A stretch of 64,000 bases of DNA from Paramecium tetraurelia (Eukaryota): positions 248,001 through 312,000 of the forward strand of contig CT868664.1 of assembly GCA_000165425.1 (NCBI GenBank), written 5' to 3'. The notes under the pieces were generated by a model. That model saw only the letters and a program-made list of their open reading frames with translations. It made no database searches and was not told where the DNA came from. Shown piece by piece: positions 13,949 through 26,759 of this stretch (its first letter is position 1; each line of letters begins with the position of its first letter). Made by a program: the position numbers and the translations under genes.

Positions 13949-14025
13949 TATATTAATGAGAATTATAAAATTATAATTATGAATAAAGTAATGAGATATT
14001 TCATCAGATTTATATTAATTTTATA

Positions 14026-15186
14026 TCATAGATTAGAATTTAATATAAACTACAACATCAACCTTGCAATCTCAATAAGCACTCTTGAATGAATGTTTTC
14101 GTATCCTTGATAATATAATACACCCTTTTCAGTTCATCGAATTGTCTATTCCTATACACAGCTTCTGTGTCACAGGAATCGCATTTATATTTATAGCATT
14201 TTTCACAGCAAGAATGTCCACAAGGGATGTACGTTCTGGGTTTCTCAAAAAGGTTTTAGCATCTGCAACATCGAAGACTTAATTTGAGTTCAGTCTCTAA
14301 GACTTCTATTCTCAAAAGATGCTTCTAAATTTAGTTTTCTTAAGCAGATTTATCAATCTAATGATTCTATTGAATTAACTAATCCTTGAGAGACTGATTC
14401 TAAAATAATAATTACTATAGGAGAGACTTATCATATTGAGTCTCAATATGTAATTTTGGGGAGACTTCGCTTGGTAAAGTTTGCAAAGTCTTTTTGTTTG
14501 ATTCTTAATGATCTTTTAACTGTTTTTTAAGATTCTCTAACTAGTTTTAAAGATTTGATATGACACAGTTCAATTATTCAATTTGGGAATTGGAATTTTT
14601 GATTAAGGTGGTTTGTTTTTTGATAATTTAATCCTAATCTTCAAGTTATGATAATAATTATTAAATAGATTATTGATTGTTTTCTTGAGAGTTCCTGTAT
14701 GAAAATTATATTTTGTGAATATTATTGACATTGATTGCATTGTCTTCATCGAACAGCAGTTCTTATTAATCAATTTGTTTCAATTTCAAAAGTAAATCAT
14801 CATACTTTGTATCAACTTCAATTGTTTTGCTCTTAGAAAGAATGGCCTTTTGAGATTACTTATGCAATTCATCGATTTTTTGATCATAGTTTCTTTTTGT
14901 AATTTTCTCATTGAGTTATTGAAGATCTAATTGTTGCTGCAAAATAAGAAAGGATTGTTACTTTAAATTTTGAACATTGTGTACATGAAGGTGGAGAAGC
15001 TATCTTCATTACAAATGATTTATTTGTTTAAACATATTCTAGTTGTTTTTATAAAGATTCGATTTAAGATTTTAAAGAGTAAATATCATTATGCTCACTT
15101 TTTTATAGAAGCATTCTCCTTGAGGAGATTTCAGGAGTTGTAGCAGTTGGTGTTCTTTTTTGCAGTTTTCTTAAATTAGGTAGCAT
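14026..15186 (-). CDS. Hypothetical protein (coiled-coil N-terminal half)
   Basis: MLPNLRKLQKRTPTATTPEISSRRMLL... open in table 6, ending ...ENIHSRVLIEIARLMLQFILNSNL-TGA. Confidence 0.55.
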
Positions 15187-15282
15187 TTTTAGTTATTTTT
15201 AATTAAAAATTAATGAGACGAAACTTATTGATATGAGAATATAGGAATTAATTCAATTAAAAATATAAAATTTATAAATAAT

Positions 15283-16011
15283 ATGTTTAACAAAAAGAAT
15301 CTCTTGCTAAACATAGTAGAACTCTATTATGAGCAAGTAGAATAGATGGAGAAAAACTATGATACTGACAATAGATATGCCACAAAAATCTAGTCTTATT
15401 ATCGAATGTATGTGTTGCATAAATCTTACAAAAAGAATTAAAATGCAACAATCACAATTCAAAAATATTGCAGAGCCTATCTGGCAAGATAACTAGTAAA
15501 ATAGAAATTGAGTGAATGCAAAAACAGAAGAAATGTATCTACTATTCTCATATTCCATTAGATTATTTATCTCTCTCATTAAGCATAAACAATCCAAAGA
15601 TATTTCAGAGGCTATATTTATCGTAAATATGTTCATGACTTTTACCTCAGAAAAAAGCAACTGGAACAAATGAATATCAAAAATCAAAACTTCCTGCAAG
15701 AATTACGCTCAAAAGCTGAATAAGAAAAGTAAGAAGAGAAAATCAGACATGAATAAGCTGCCAAATAAGAGTTCATGAAACTAGCGACTAATTTACATCA
15801 TTTAACATCAACCAAGTCTCAACCAGGAATCTATAAGCCTCCCTTTGCAAAAGAAAATCCAAAGGCCTTTGATATTGAAGTTGAAACTTAATTAAAAATT
15901 GCATTTCAAACAAATATTCAATGGAAAACCCAAAAAAGAAGTGGAAGTGCCCAAAGAGCAGTCACCAGTCAAGGATTCAGAATCAGACCACAATCGTAGA
16001 AACTCAAATGA
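15283..16011 (+). CDS. SPATA17: IQ-motif protein, SPATA17 homolog
   Basis: Three IQ motifs (ATKIQSYYRMY, TIQKYCRAYLAR, IQRYFRGYIYRK) followed by LHHLTSTKSQPGIYKPPF (cf. SPATA17 MHYLLSTKQIPGIYNSPF). Confidence 0.8.
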
Positions 16012-16041
16012 TTTCATATAAATGTATTGTTTTACTGTAAT

Positions 16042-16775
16042 TCAAAACACATATAATACTATTAGATTGATTAGAAACAAAGGCAAGAATAGAATACTGA
16101 GGTAGTAATAGAATAAATTGCCTTGCCCAATACATCTTCCTAAAAAGTTGCTATGATGATGGAACTCTCTTACGCATACATTACAAGTCTCGCAATGATA
16201 AGTGTCTTTTCGATAATGAACTATTTCACAAATCTTGGATAATAGAGACTGAAAATACCTAACAAGTATTATGTTTATTGAGAGTCTCTTGAAGGGCTGT
16301 GTTGATTCCAGGATTGATAAGAGCTGCAATCACATACCCTAAAAGTTCTAAGACATTGATTATGATTGTAATGCAAAATTAAATGGTTTTTTGTTTTCTT
16401 TTTGTAAACTGGAAATACGTAATGACAAACAGTGCAATTATCACTAGTAGATTGATTATCCATTATGGACTAATAGCAAAGGTTGGCTCATCATTAATAA
16501 AAATAAAAGGAGTGTAGTTTCCGAAATGTCGATTCCACACTTTTGCTTTGTTCAATTTCTATCTTAGTCTCATCATCTGAATCTTAATCGAAATACTATT
16601 CCTCTTCTTTCATCTTATTGATTTTCATTTCTATTTATGAAATTTCAGAATCATCCAATTCTTTCTCGATTGGTTTCTTTGAATCCTCTATGTTGTATTT
16701 GATATCTTCTTCATCGAATTACACATTCATATCATCATCATCATCGTCTTGCTTTTCAAAATACTCAAAATCCAT
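16042..16775 (-). CDS. zf-DHHC palmitoyltransferase-like membrane protein with variant HHHS motif
   Basis: Acidic N-terminus, two TMs, INPG, then CQICEIVHYRKDTYHCETCNVCVREFHHHSNFLGRCIGQGN and one TM; introns ~16576-16595 and ~16234-16258. Confidence 0.8.
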
Positions 16776-16848
16776 AAAGTAATTATTTTACTAAATGAGA
16801 TTGAAAAAATAATTAAGTTTATTTTTCTTTTTATTAATAACCTGAAAA

Positions 16849-19131
16849 ATGTAAAGGGAAGCAAGAGTAAATAATAGATTGGAATAAGATAAAAAGGTTA
16901 GGCAGAATTAAATTTCAGAATTGATTAAAATATTTGAGGAAGATTAAATACAAACAGATATTGCTTAATAATTTTCGAATTAGCTTGAATAGGCTGCTTT
17001 CGAATTATCAGGTGGTGAGAATACTAGGGAGTATAGAACTAGATTAAATACAGTCAAAATTCGATTAAATGGCACCAAAGGTAAGTTATTATTATTACAA
17101 AATTAGGCCAATTTATTCGATAGGTTCTATTGTAAAGTATTATGACTCCTTTAGAGTTGATGGCATTCGATATGTCTAAATTAAATGAAAATACAATATA
17201 AGCATTCTTGGAACAAAATAATAGATAATTTCCTCAAAAGAATGTCTCCAATAGATTAGGTTCAAGAATAGTTGTGGATAAAGATCTTACTTAAAATTCA
17301 AATGAAAAACCAAAGGAATCAAATAATGATTTATAAATTAATTCATAACAAGAAGAAAAAGAGTAAGCTAATGCAGACAATTTTAATTAACTTGTCTAAA
17401 ATAAACCTACTGAATTCAATGTCCCTGAAGTAAAACAGCAGCATATTGATCAACCTCAACAGACATCCACAATCACTGAAACAGAAAAAATTGATTTTGC
17501 TCCTTAAGAAGAACCCATCTAATAATTTGAAGAATATGTCGATTATGTATTAATCATATAATTTTTAGAGTTTTGAATATAATCAAAAATAAAGAGATTT
17601 CGTAGAGGGAAATGACTTTCCTAACATTGAAGAACTCTAAATCAATGAAATCAAATAAAATAATCTTTAAGATGATTTAATTGCAAATAGTCCATTGCCC
17701 TCTGACAATGTATTGAATTAAGAATTTCTGTAAGACGACCCTTTGGTTGATGGTCCAAAAGAGAATGCTTAAACTAAAATTTTGGATTCTCAAATACAAG
17801 AAGAGGAATAGCAATATTATGAACATGAATGCAGTTTCCAAATAAAGGAATAATAATTGATAGACGCCAAAATTCAAAATGAAATTATAGATCCTTAAGC
17901 TGATCATCCATTAGCTGAATTTGCAGTTTAGACAAGTGATTAAAAAGATAATTTTCAATAAGAATAATAAAATCATATTTAGAATTTCAAACAGGAAACC
18001 AACCATATTCATACTCATAATTTTGAACAATAAATATATTAAAAAGTAATGGATTAACATACATAATAAAATTTTAAAGATATTAAATAATAAAAAGAAG
18101 AGAGTACTGAATAACTACCCCAAAATTACGAAGAATTCTTCTAATTTATTGAGAAAAGGGATAAATAATTTGAAAATTAAATCAATCAATTGATAGACTA
18201 AAATAAAACTTTGACAGAATAATTTTATAAAGTCCAAATAGAAAATTAGGTTCAACAAGAAAATTTGGAAATTTAAAATCTTAACTATTAAAATCGCATT
18301 TAATAGTTAATCAACGAAAACAATATTTTAAAACTATCTTTTCAATAAAATGAATAGCAATAGTAGCAATCACTTGCCCATTTAAAAGAATAATCATTAA
18401 TTGAAAAAGCTTAATTTTAACAGGTTTATCAAAGCTAATTATCCACCCAACAGAAACACAAAGAATTCCTAGAATAAATTAAATTTAACTTGGATTTTAG
18501 AAGAGACGCAGTTCTTAAAATATAACAATCCAGTTAATCTAGTGTTAATTTGGAAGATGAAATTGGTTAGATGCAAGATATTTTAGCCAAACAAAATGTG
18601 TTTGAAAATAATTATTAAGTGAATACCCAAACAAACGAGATTCAAACATTCAATCAATAATTTTGGGCATCTGAAAATGATGCTTAGACCATTGGCACTA
18701 TGGTTAATGCAGATTCTGGTTCGACATAAATTCGCAGAAATAAAGAAGCATTGAATACAGAAGTTTAAGAGGAGGTTGAATAATTCTAAGTATAGAGTGA
18801 GGCTCAAAATTTTGGAGAAACAAATTAGACGAGAGTCGTTTAATAAACAGGAGAGAACACTTCATTTAAGAATTCTCTTTAAGAGTAAACCAATTCGGAA
18901 AAAGAACAGTAAATACGTGATCAAGTGTAAAATAAGAGAACAAACAATATCAAATAAACTGATTAAGACGTGTAGGGTTTAAAAAATGGGGAAGATTAAG
19001 GTCTACAAGAACAGCAGCAGTTCAGTTAGATTAAAAATAATCACAATAAAGGAAGTGAAGTTTAAATGAATCAATTAAAGAAAAGATAGTAAGTTAAAAG
19101 ATCTAATGTTCCTGAATCAGTATTTGATTGA
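16849..19131 (+). CDS. Q-rich coiled-coil protein with N-terminal TFIIS central-domain-like region
   Basis: N-terminal AQQFSNQLEQAAFELSGGENTREYRTRLNTVKIRLNGTKGQFIRQVLLQSIMTPLELMAFD resembles TFIIS domain II; the rest is Q/E/N-rich; introns ~17081-17107 and ~17548-17569. Confidence 0.6.
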
Positions 19132-19337
19132 AAATGAAATATTGAATAATTTATACCAATAGAAAGAATTGTGTGTATATGAAGAAATACCTCACATAAT
19201 TGTGTAAGTTTCTCATTATTTAAAGTTCTAATCTAAAATATATCTAGATTATATTTATAGTTTCTGTTTGTATTTTTATATAGTAGTTCAAATCTTAAAT
19301 AAGCATTTGATTGTCCAAATTAATATTTTATTAAAAG

Positions 19338-19872
19338 ATGTCTTGGAGAAAACCAAAAGTCCTTCATTAAGAAAGTGGAAATGGCTATGAAATAAGAGGA
19401 TTCACTGAACCAACTTTCAAAAGAGTTCCTCATTGTCACAACGATGATGATATTGATGTTGACATTCCAAATGGGGACCTTGAATTTGGTAAGAAGATGT
19501 ACGGTTAAGCATGTGCTGGTTGCCACGATTTAGGTATATATACAGGTCTATTTTCAAAGACAGTGATCTTGATCAAGGACCAGCATTGAGAAATTCTTAT
19601 TTGAGAAGATTAGGATCTAACAAGAAGTTTTCTAATTATGGATGGGATTTGAGAGCAAGAAGATTATATTGGACAAGAAAATTATTGTGGGATTTCTTAT
19701 AAAATCCAGAGAAAATGTTTTTGGATACTAACATGCAATTTGATGGAGTACTTTATTAACAAAATATTTTTAGATCCAAGATCCAAGAACTCTAGGCAGT
19801 ATAATCGACTACATGTAATATTTAACAGTGTATACTCACGATCATAGAGGATCAAAAAGACCCATCTTTTGA
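19338..19872 (+). CDS. Divergent cytochrome c-like protein with N-terminal extension
   Basis: GDLEFGKKMYGQACAGCH (CxxCH heme motif), GPAL, W...L..FLQNP, TNMQFDG (axial Met); introns ~19534-19559 and ~19748-19773. Confidence 0.85.
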
Positions 19873-20524
19873 AACAGAATCAAATATATATATAAGCATA
19901 GCATTAAAATTTTAATATATCTTTTATACATAAGCTAGGCAATATTATATTCACAAATAAACTATGTAAAATAATAATTGTCATTTATTTATTTTATAAC
20001 AAAAATAACATCCATTTTCATAATTTTTTCACATTAATGTAGTCTGATCCAACTTAATTAAAAATCATTGAATTTAATAGGTGGAGGCAAGTTACACATT
20101 TATTCAGTTGGTTCAAAATAAGATCCTATTAAGACTTAATGAATCTGATTTAGAAGAAGTAAAAGAGACCTTAAATCCAAAACTACTTATAAATATGACC
20201 TAAAACCAAAAAATTGAATTCTTTGCTTGCAATATTGAAATGTTAAGTTTTTCTGCATATTTTTTAGCAAGTTTTTCACATATCATTTATATTAGCATTG
20301 CATTGCATTATAATTATAAAATATTTATGTTTTATTTACGAATACAACTATAAAGATTTTGTGATATTCAATTTTAATAATCATACTAACCTTGTTATCG
20401 AATTGAAAGTTGGTAAATGTAATTTAATACCTCTTCTTTCATTATATTAGATTATATATATTATAATAAAAATGAAAGAGATTTAAATGATAAATGTTAT
20501 ATAATATTTAAACTTAACTAGAAA

Positions 20525-21198
20525 TCATTAGTTTTTGAGTATTGAGCTTTGAACGAATCTGGATTAAACCTTTTTTGCTTATTAGGTTTATTGGTCTATT
20601 TATGCTTAAGAACCATATATTTTGTTCCAATCAATTTAACTCTTTGTGTTAACATCTGATACTAACTCATTGCATATAGATGATTTTTGGGATTAAATTA
20701 TTTCTGTTGGCAATAAAACATCATCTTTAGAAATGGTCTAATTCAATTTATTTTACTCTTATATTTCCTAATATTAAATCTAAAATACTTTTTAAACACG
20801 TTCTTCATCCCAATTATAAAGATGCTTCAAATAGTTTTTAAGAACTTTTATACTCTTTTGCATGCTGCTTTCACAGTAAATAGCAACTGAAGATTTTTTA
20901 ATTTTTGTCCAAAACTCTTTTTAGAAAACATTTTTACATGCAAGAATAATCTTGAAGCTTCCAATGAATCTTAAAAATTGATGTGTATGTTTAAATAGTA
21001 GATTCCGTATGCTTTCATAGATTGATCATTGTCAATGCAATTTATAATAGCACATATATTATATTGTTTTAAGCTCTCCAATGTGCTTTCAATGGACTCA
21101 ATAGTAGTTGTTTTCTCTAGATTGCAAAAAGGATTAACAAACTCCTATTCGACAACATAAAGATTAACTCCTTCATCTAATCTAAATGCAATGTACAT
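20525..21198 (-). CDS. Hypothetical protein with degenerate dual-specificity phosphatase-like fold
   Basis: LKQYNICAIINC...YGIYYLNI...VAIYCESSMQKEYKVLKNYLKHLYNW resembles the Cdc14/DSP layout; requires a 23-nt intron ~20915-20937. Confidence 0.5.
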
Positions 21199-21418
21199 TT
21201 ATTTTATATTAATTATTTACGTTGTTTTAATTGCAACATAAAGATTAATGGTTAGCTATAAATTATGAAAAATATTCTATAAATCAATTAGAAATCATTA
21301 TTCAATCAGTATTCTACAAAATTAATGAAATATACATATATTCGAAAATAAAACTTCTTCTAATTTCCTTTTCTATTAATATATCAATAATAATAATAGC
21401 AATAAAATAAATATTGAA

Positions 21419-23768
21419 ATGGATTAGACATTGTATCAGAACATTTAGAAAAAATTAGAAAACAAAATAGATTACAGTAACAGGAATGATGATCTTAAGA
21501 ATTTGTTACTTGAGTGCAATAAGATCTAGAATGTATGATTCATTTTTAAATTAAGAATATACTAGGTTATAAAATAATGACTCTGGTATTTTCAGCAATT
21601 CAAAAATCTGGACAAAGAGTTCTTCTGATGGATTAGGATCAAATATAAATAATAAAGAGCTGTAAATCTTTGGCTATCTTGGGATATCTTCATGATCAAG
21701 AATAAATTAAAATGATCAATAAAGACAAAGAATTCAGAGAAAATATAAGAGTCCAAATACAAGATCTTCAACAATAGGGTAATTTAGAGAAAGCTTTCTT
21801 ACTGGATGAAGTAATGAAATACAAAAGTAGAGAAAATATAGAGGAATATACAGAAATAAGCAAAACCATTAAAACTATGGTAAACTTATTGATAGATTTT
21901 GGAAATGATTCATTTAATTTTACCTAAATCTTTGATGTGATCCTCAATGCATTGCTGCTTACAGGAAATAATAGTACGATTGGAAGAGATTACCAATTGT
22001 TGTCTATTTTAGATAAATTACAGAAGCTTCTCGATGATACCAGGTCACCCTATTTATGGACTATCGTAATGGAATCAATATTAAATGCTTCGACCTATAT
22101 GGAAAAACCGACAGATTTAGTGCAGCCTAATATGATAACAAGAATAATCTTATTCAAAGTAAAGTAATTTAATAAGTTAGATTCCATATATTGAGGATAT
22201 CTTTAAGTATTTTGGTAAGTATTTAGGAAGATGCTATAAGTTTGAATATAAGATGTTCGAATCTATGTTAAATTTCGGAATTACCCAATAAACACTTGAC
22301 TTGATATTGTAATTTAGCAAATAATTTGTTAAAGACTATTAAATGGAAATTTTAGTAGAGATGAGAAAAAATCTTATTCCTAGTCTAATAAAGTATATGA
22401 AAATAATCAATTGTTTTGAACAGATCTAAAATTTATTTACTTATTTCTTAATTTCATCCCTTTAATAGGTAGGAGATCCTTAACTAGACTAATAACATTT
22501 TTCTGAAATTATCACCAATTACTATAATTATTTTGATTTGTATAACGATAAATAATTGCAGAGAATTGCTAATTTTCTTGCTTTGTTACCACATAATTAA
22601 AAGAAAAGGGAATTTAAAAATTATGACCTTTTAGAGTCAAAATTAAAAAAAAAATATATATCAATGCCATCATCAATATCAAATTAACTATAGTAAAGCG
22701 AACAAATTCAAGGTTGGTTCCAAGAGGATAATCCACAAATCGAGGATAAACAGCCGAAATTAATAGGCTTGAGAAATTTATTAAATAGTAAGAATTTTCA
22801 TATTTTAAGCATGCTACTTGAACAGTTTTATCTAAGCACTCTTTTGGACTTTGGATTTCAGAAATCTTATATTAAATGAATTTAAAAGAGAAGAAATTGT
22901 ATTTTTAAAACCATATAGTTTAAAAACAAATTTTCTTAGAGTATTTATCATCTTGATGTATTTATTAGTGTTTCTTGTTCTTGGATTCAATGAGTGATGA
23001 AATTGATTACACACCATTATTATTAAAAAGATCCTTGAGAGAACCTTATAAAACAGATGATAGACAGTAAGATGCAGCTGAATTTGGTGTTCATTTATTT
23101 GAAGATATGGAAAAAAATTTTGATTAAGAAGAATACGTAACTCAATTATGTTTATTGTTTATAGAAAAAAATAAAAGAGATATTTTATGGTATGTCCAAA
23201 TCAACCTTCTAGTGTAAAAATTGTGATAAGCCAACCAAAGGACCAGATGAAGAATTTATGTACATTACGTTGAACTTTGAAAACAATAGAAAAGAAAAAG
23301 ATGAAATAGAAAAAATGATTCTAAGACATTAAATGAAGGAATAAATTACATTTAATTGTGAGCAATGTAGAAAGACAAGTCAAAGTACTCGTACTTTGGA
23401 ATTTTCAAAATTACCTAAAAACATAATTATTTAAATTAATAGATTTGAATTCCAAAATGGAGAGAGATCTAAAATTAATGATCAAATCAATTTAAAACCA
23501 AAAATATAAATAAAAGAGAACCAAAAATAATTAACCTATGAATTGTATTCAATTATTATACATTTTGGATAAATACCAGATGCCGGTCATTACACTGTAT
23601 ATTGCAAAGTGAAAGAGGAATGGTATCGATATGATGATAGCATTGTAACTAAGATTGATGGGAGATTTTGACAGAGTTTAAAGAAATTTCAAGTAACTTA
23701 TAAATTAATCTTATAATAGAAAAGAAGAAACCCCATATCTATTATTCTTTAGAAGAATAAACGGATGA
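21419..23768 (+). CDS. Ubiquitin carboxyl-terminal hydrolase (USP, USP35/38-like catalytic domain)
   Basis: Cys box IGLRNLLNTCYLNSFIQALFWTLDFR (across intron ~22788-22809), QQDAAEF, His box HFGQIPDAGHYTVY...WYRYDD, TPYLLFF. Confidence 0.9.
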
Positions 23769-23789
23769 AATGACATAAAATATTTTTTT

Positions 23790-24743
23790 CATTTTATTGT
23801 TATCTACAATATTTTTAAAAATACTGAATTTGATTGAATTATATCCATATGTTAGCACTTTTTCTAAGAATTAAAGGTCTTATTATAAATCCCTCTCTTT
23901 TACAATCAAATTTTAAGGTTATTAAAATTATAAATTGATCTTACTTCCTAAGTATTGTAATATATTGATAGCTCAAATTCTAGGTTGAGACTGCTCAAAT
24001 CTAATCTAGTTATTTTTTTTATAATTTCGATCTTTCAAGTACAACATTCGATGTTTAGAATTGTATTCATCTATGATAATACCCATGAGCTATGTAAATC
24101 ATCAACTATACATATTTCTCCTAAAATTATCCATACCAATTAGTGCTTTTGATTAATAGATTTGAGATACTCTCAAAATAAGAATTTGATCATTGAATGA
24201 GAATAACTTGGTCAAAAAAACAAAATAAAATATGCAATAAAAATGATTATGGCTGAGTAAATCCAAAAAGGAGGTTCCTAAGTAAATAATATTGAAATAA
24301 TTGAACCTTGCCATTAATAATAGAATATTATATTATAATCAGTCAGTAAAGTACCATTACAGCAGATAATATGAATAATTATTTTAGAATCTGTATCACA
24401 CTAGAGCCTAGAAGGTTCTATTTCAAATTTAAGTAAATTGTTTTTGGATACAAAAAAATAAGCAAATTCAATAAAATACTAAACAATAACTTCTCCTTAA
24501 ATTTATCCTAGCGCAAGCTTAATTAATAATGAAGATAATTTTGAATCATGAGATATAGAAACAATTATATTACTATAAGGAGATCAAATAAAATAATTAA
24601 AATTATTAGGTAAATTAAAGGCAATCCAAAAATGAGATCAAAATGGTCATTGATAAGATAGTATAAACAAAACAATATGTGATATTGATAAAATTTCTTA
24701 ATTTTCTAAATTAAATCGAATTTGAATGAATTTTTTACTTCAT
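23790..24743 (-). CDS. Hypothetical multi-pass membrane protein (exon structure unresolved, possibly degenerate)
   Basis: Long hydrophobic table-6 frame (...DLIFGLPLIYLIILIILFDLLIVIQLFLYLM...EPPFWIYSAIIIFIAYFILFFLTKLF); start and end uncertain. Confidence 0.35.
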
Positions 24744-24778
24744 AAATAAAAATAAAATAATAATTGGAAAAATTTTCA

Positions 24779-26675
24779 ATGGCTAAAGGATAAGAAGTTA
24801 AAGTATTGCCAGAAGAGAAGGATGCATTGGAGAAATTGAGAAAAGCAGTATCGATGATAATTAGTACTGGGAGTATTGATTTTGCAGCGATTTTAAAATT
24901 GATTCAATAGAAAAAGGTTTTCATTAATTAAATTGCAACTGAATTATATAAGTATCTTTTTGTGATATATGAAAGTTTAACTAAACAAAATTTAAAAGAA
25001 AAAAATGTCGTCTAATTGGTTTTCTTAATTGATTACATTTGCAAGAGTGATGTAAAAGATTTCAAAACAGCCATTAAGTTCTACATTGTCAAGCTCTTCG
25101 TCAAAGTTTATAAGAATTAGAAGGAGTTTGGATGTGATCTATTAAAATTGAAAACTGTATTTAAAAGCTGGGTATCCATTTCTTAACATCATAGTTAAAC
25201 ATCTTTCCATCGCCTACTTTAATCGAAATCAGCAATAAAGTCCAATAAGAATTGAAGGATGATTTGGACTAGCTGCCCCATGAGAAATTGGAAGAACTCA
25301 AGAAGTATTACAAAAGTTTGAATGTAAGCGGGGTTGAGCCATTTTTAAATGTATTCTAATTTAATAATTTCCAAAGGGAACCTACAAAAAGCAACCTGGA
25401 ACAAAGAGACCAATGGAAGATTAGGTTGTTAAGAAGATCAAACCAGAATAAAAATATTAATAAACTTAAAGAGTTAATGTAGACACCTTACAATAAAAGC
25501 AAATTACTCTATCTTAATTACAACACAATTTATAAGGCCATCAATAAATCTATCCATAATCGATGATTCATCATAATTAGACTAATCAAACATCTGGTTC
25601 TTAACAATTTAGAAACCTCCAAACTCCCCAGATGGTTACTTATACACCTTAAAGCTCTGTGCAAAATAATTTTTCCTATTTAATCCCTTTTTATCAAAAT
25701 CAGCCTTCTTAAACACATTAACAAGTGTCATCTCAACAACAGCGTCAAACTCAACAAGCATAAGACCTCAACATTAAAGGGTTTACTTAATAAAACCCTT
25801 TAATTAGTTAATATGCTCAAATTTAAGGAAACAACCAATATCAATAACAATAACAATAATAATAATAACAATAGCAATAATAATAATAGTAATAGTAGTA
25901 ACAATAATAATACTAATAATAGCAATAACCATAGTAACAACAATAATAATAATAGTAATAACCATAATAATAGTAGTAATAGTAATAATAATAACAATAA
26001 TAATATTACTCATAATAGTAATAATAATAATTAAGTAATTAAAAATAAATAAATATCCCGATCGATCCAAATACAACTACTACAGTATTTGGTTCACTAT
26101 TCTAATATTTTTCTGGGTAACTGTAAGTCAGACATGAGTTAGTTAATAAGGAAACAGTAAAGGATTTTTTAAAGTAATATATCTAAATGACATATGACTA
26201 GAAAATAGATACCATCATCAGAGTTACTCTCAAATCCTAATCGTTATGGAACTTTAATAAAATGCCCAACATGCTTTATGAGATTCAGAAATTAGAGTGC
26301 TTACATTTAGCATTTGAATAATCATGCGAGTTATCAATTAGAGAAGTTAAGGGAAGATTAGAAAAAGGAGATTCAGATGAGCTGCTCTAGTGAAGTAATA
26401 CTCTTTTTCATATATAGGAATGGATGTCATCAACTTAAACAATAAAGGAAAGCAAAAATTAAGAAAGAAGTTATGCCATAGATTTGGATAAACTGAATAA
26501 TTCAAACTGTGCATTTTGCTTAGAGAAATTTTAAGGTCGTTGGGATTCAAAAAATTGTAAATGGATCTATGAGAACGTCAGAAATTTCATTTTAGAATCA
26601 AATGATTTCGATGACCCTTAATTAATTTCGATACATTAAAAATGCAATGAAGTTTTAAATGAAATAAATGCTTGA
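24779..26675 (+). CDS. PCF11: PCF11-like pre-mRNA 3'-end cleavage factor
   Basis: CID-like LVFLIDYICKSDVKDFKTAI...LKLKTVFKSW; poly-Q; C2H2 finger CPTCFMRF...HLNNH; C-terminal CAFCLEKFQGRWDSKNCKWIYEN...HQKC matching the PCF11 second zinc finger. Confidence 0.78.
25842..26031 (+). repeat. Trinucleotide (TAA/CAA/TAG) low-complexity tract encoding poly-Gln in PCF11
   Basis: About 60 codons that are mostly TAA/CAA/TAG in the PCF11 frame; the ORF track shows it as poly-N/I/L in the wrong frames. Confidence 0.9.
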
Positions 26676-26759
26676 AGATTTTTGATTTATTTTAATAGAA
26701 TAATTGTTTTATAATCATAACAAATAAATTAAATTAATTCCATATATATAAAATTCTTT

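Noticed and set aside
16275..16463. Cys/His-rich ORF MDNQSTSDNCTVCH...
   Set aside because: Alternative frame of the DHHC-like gene; the real frame encodes the TM helices and INPG.
25842..26031. Possible CRISPR array or telomeric repeat
   Set aside because: Simple trinucleotide tract with no repeat-spacer structure and no C4A2/C3A3 telomeric units.
25800..26076. Poly-Leu, poly-Ile and poly-Asn ORFs in the ORF track
   Set aside because: These are off-frame or antisense readings of the PCF11 poly-Gln tract.
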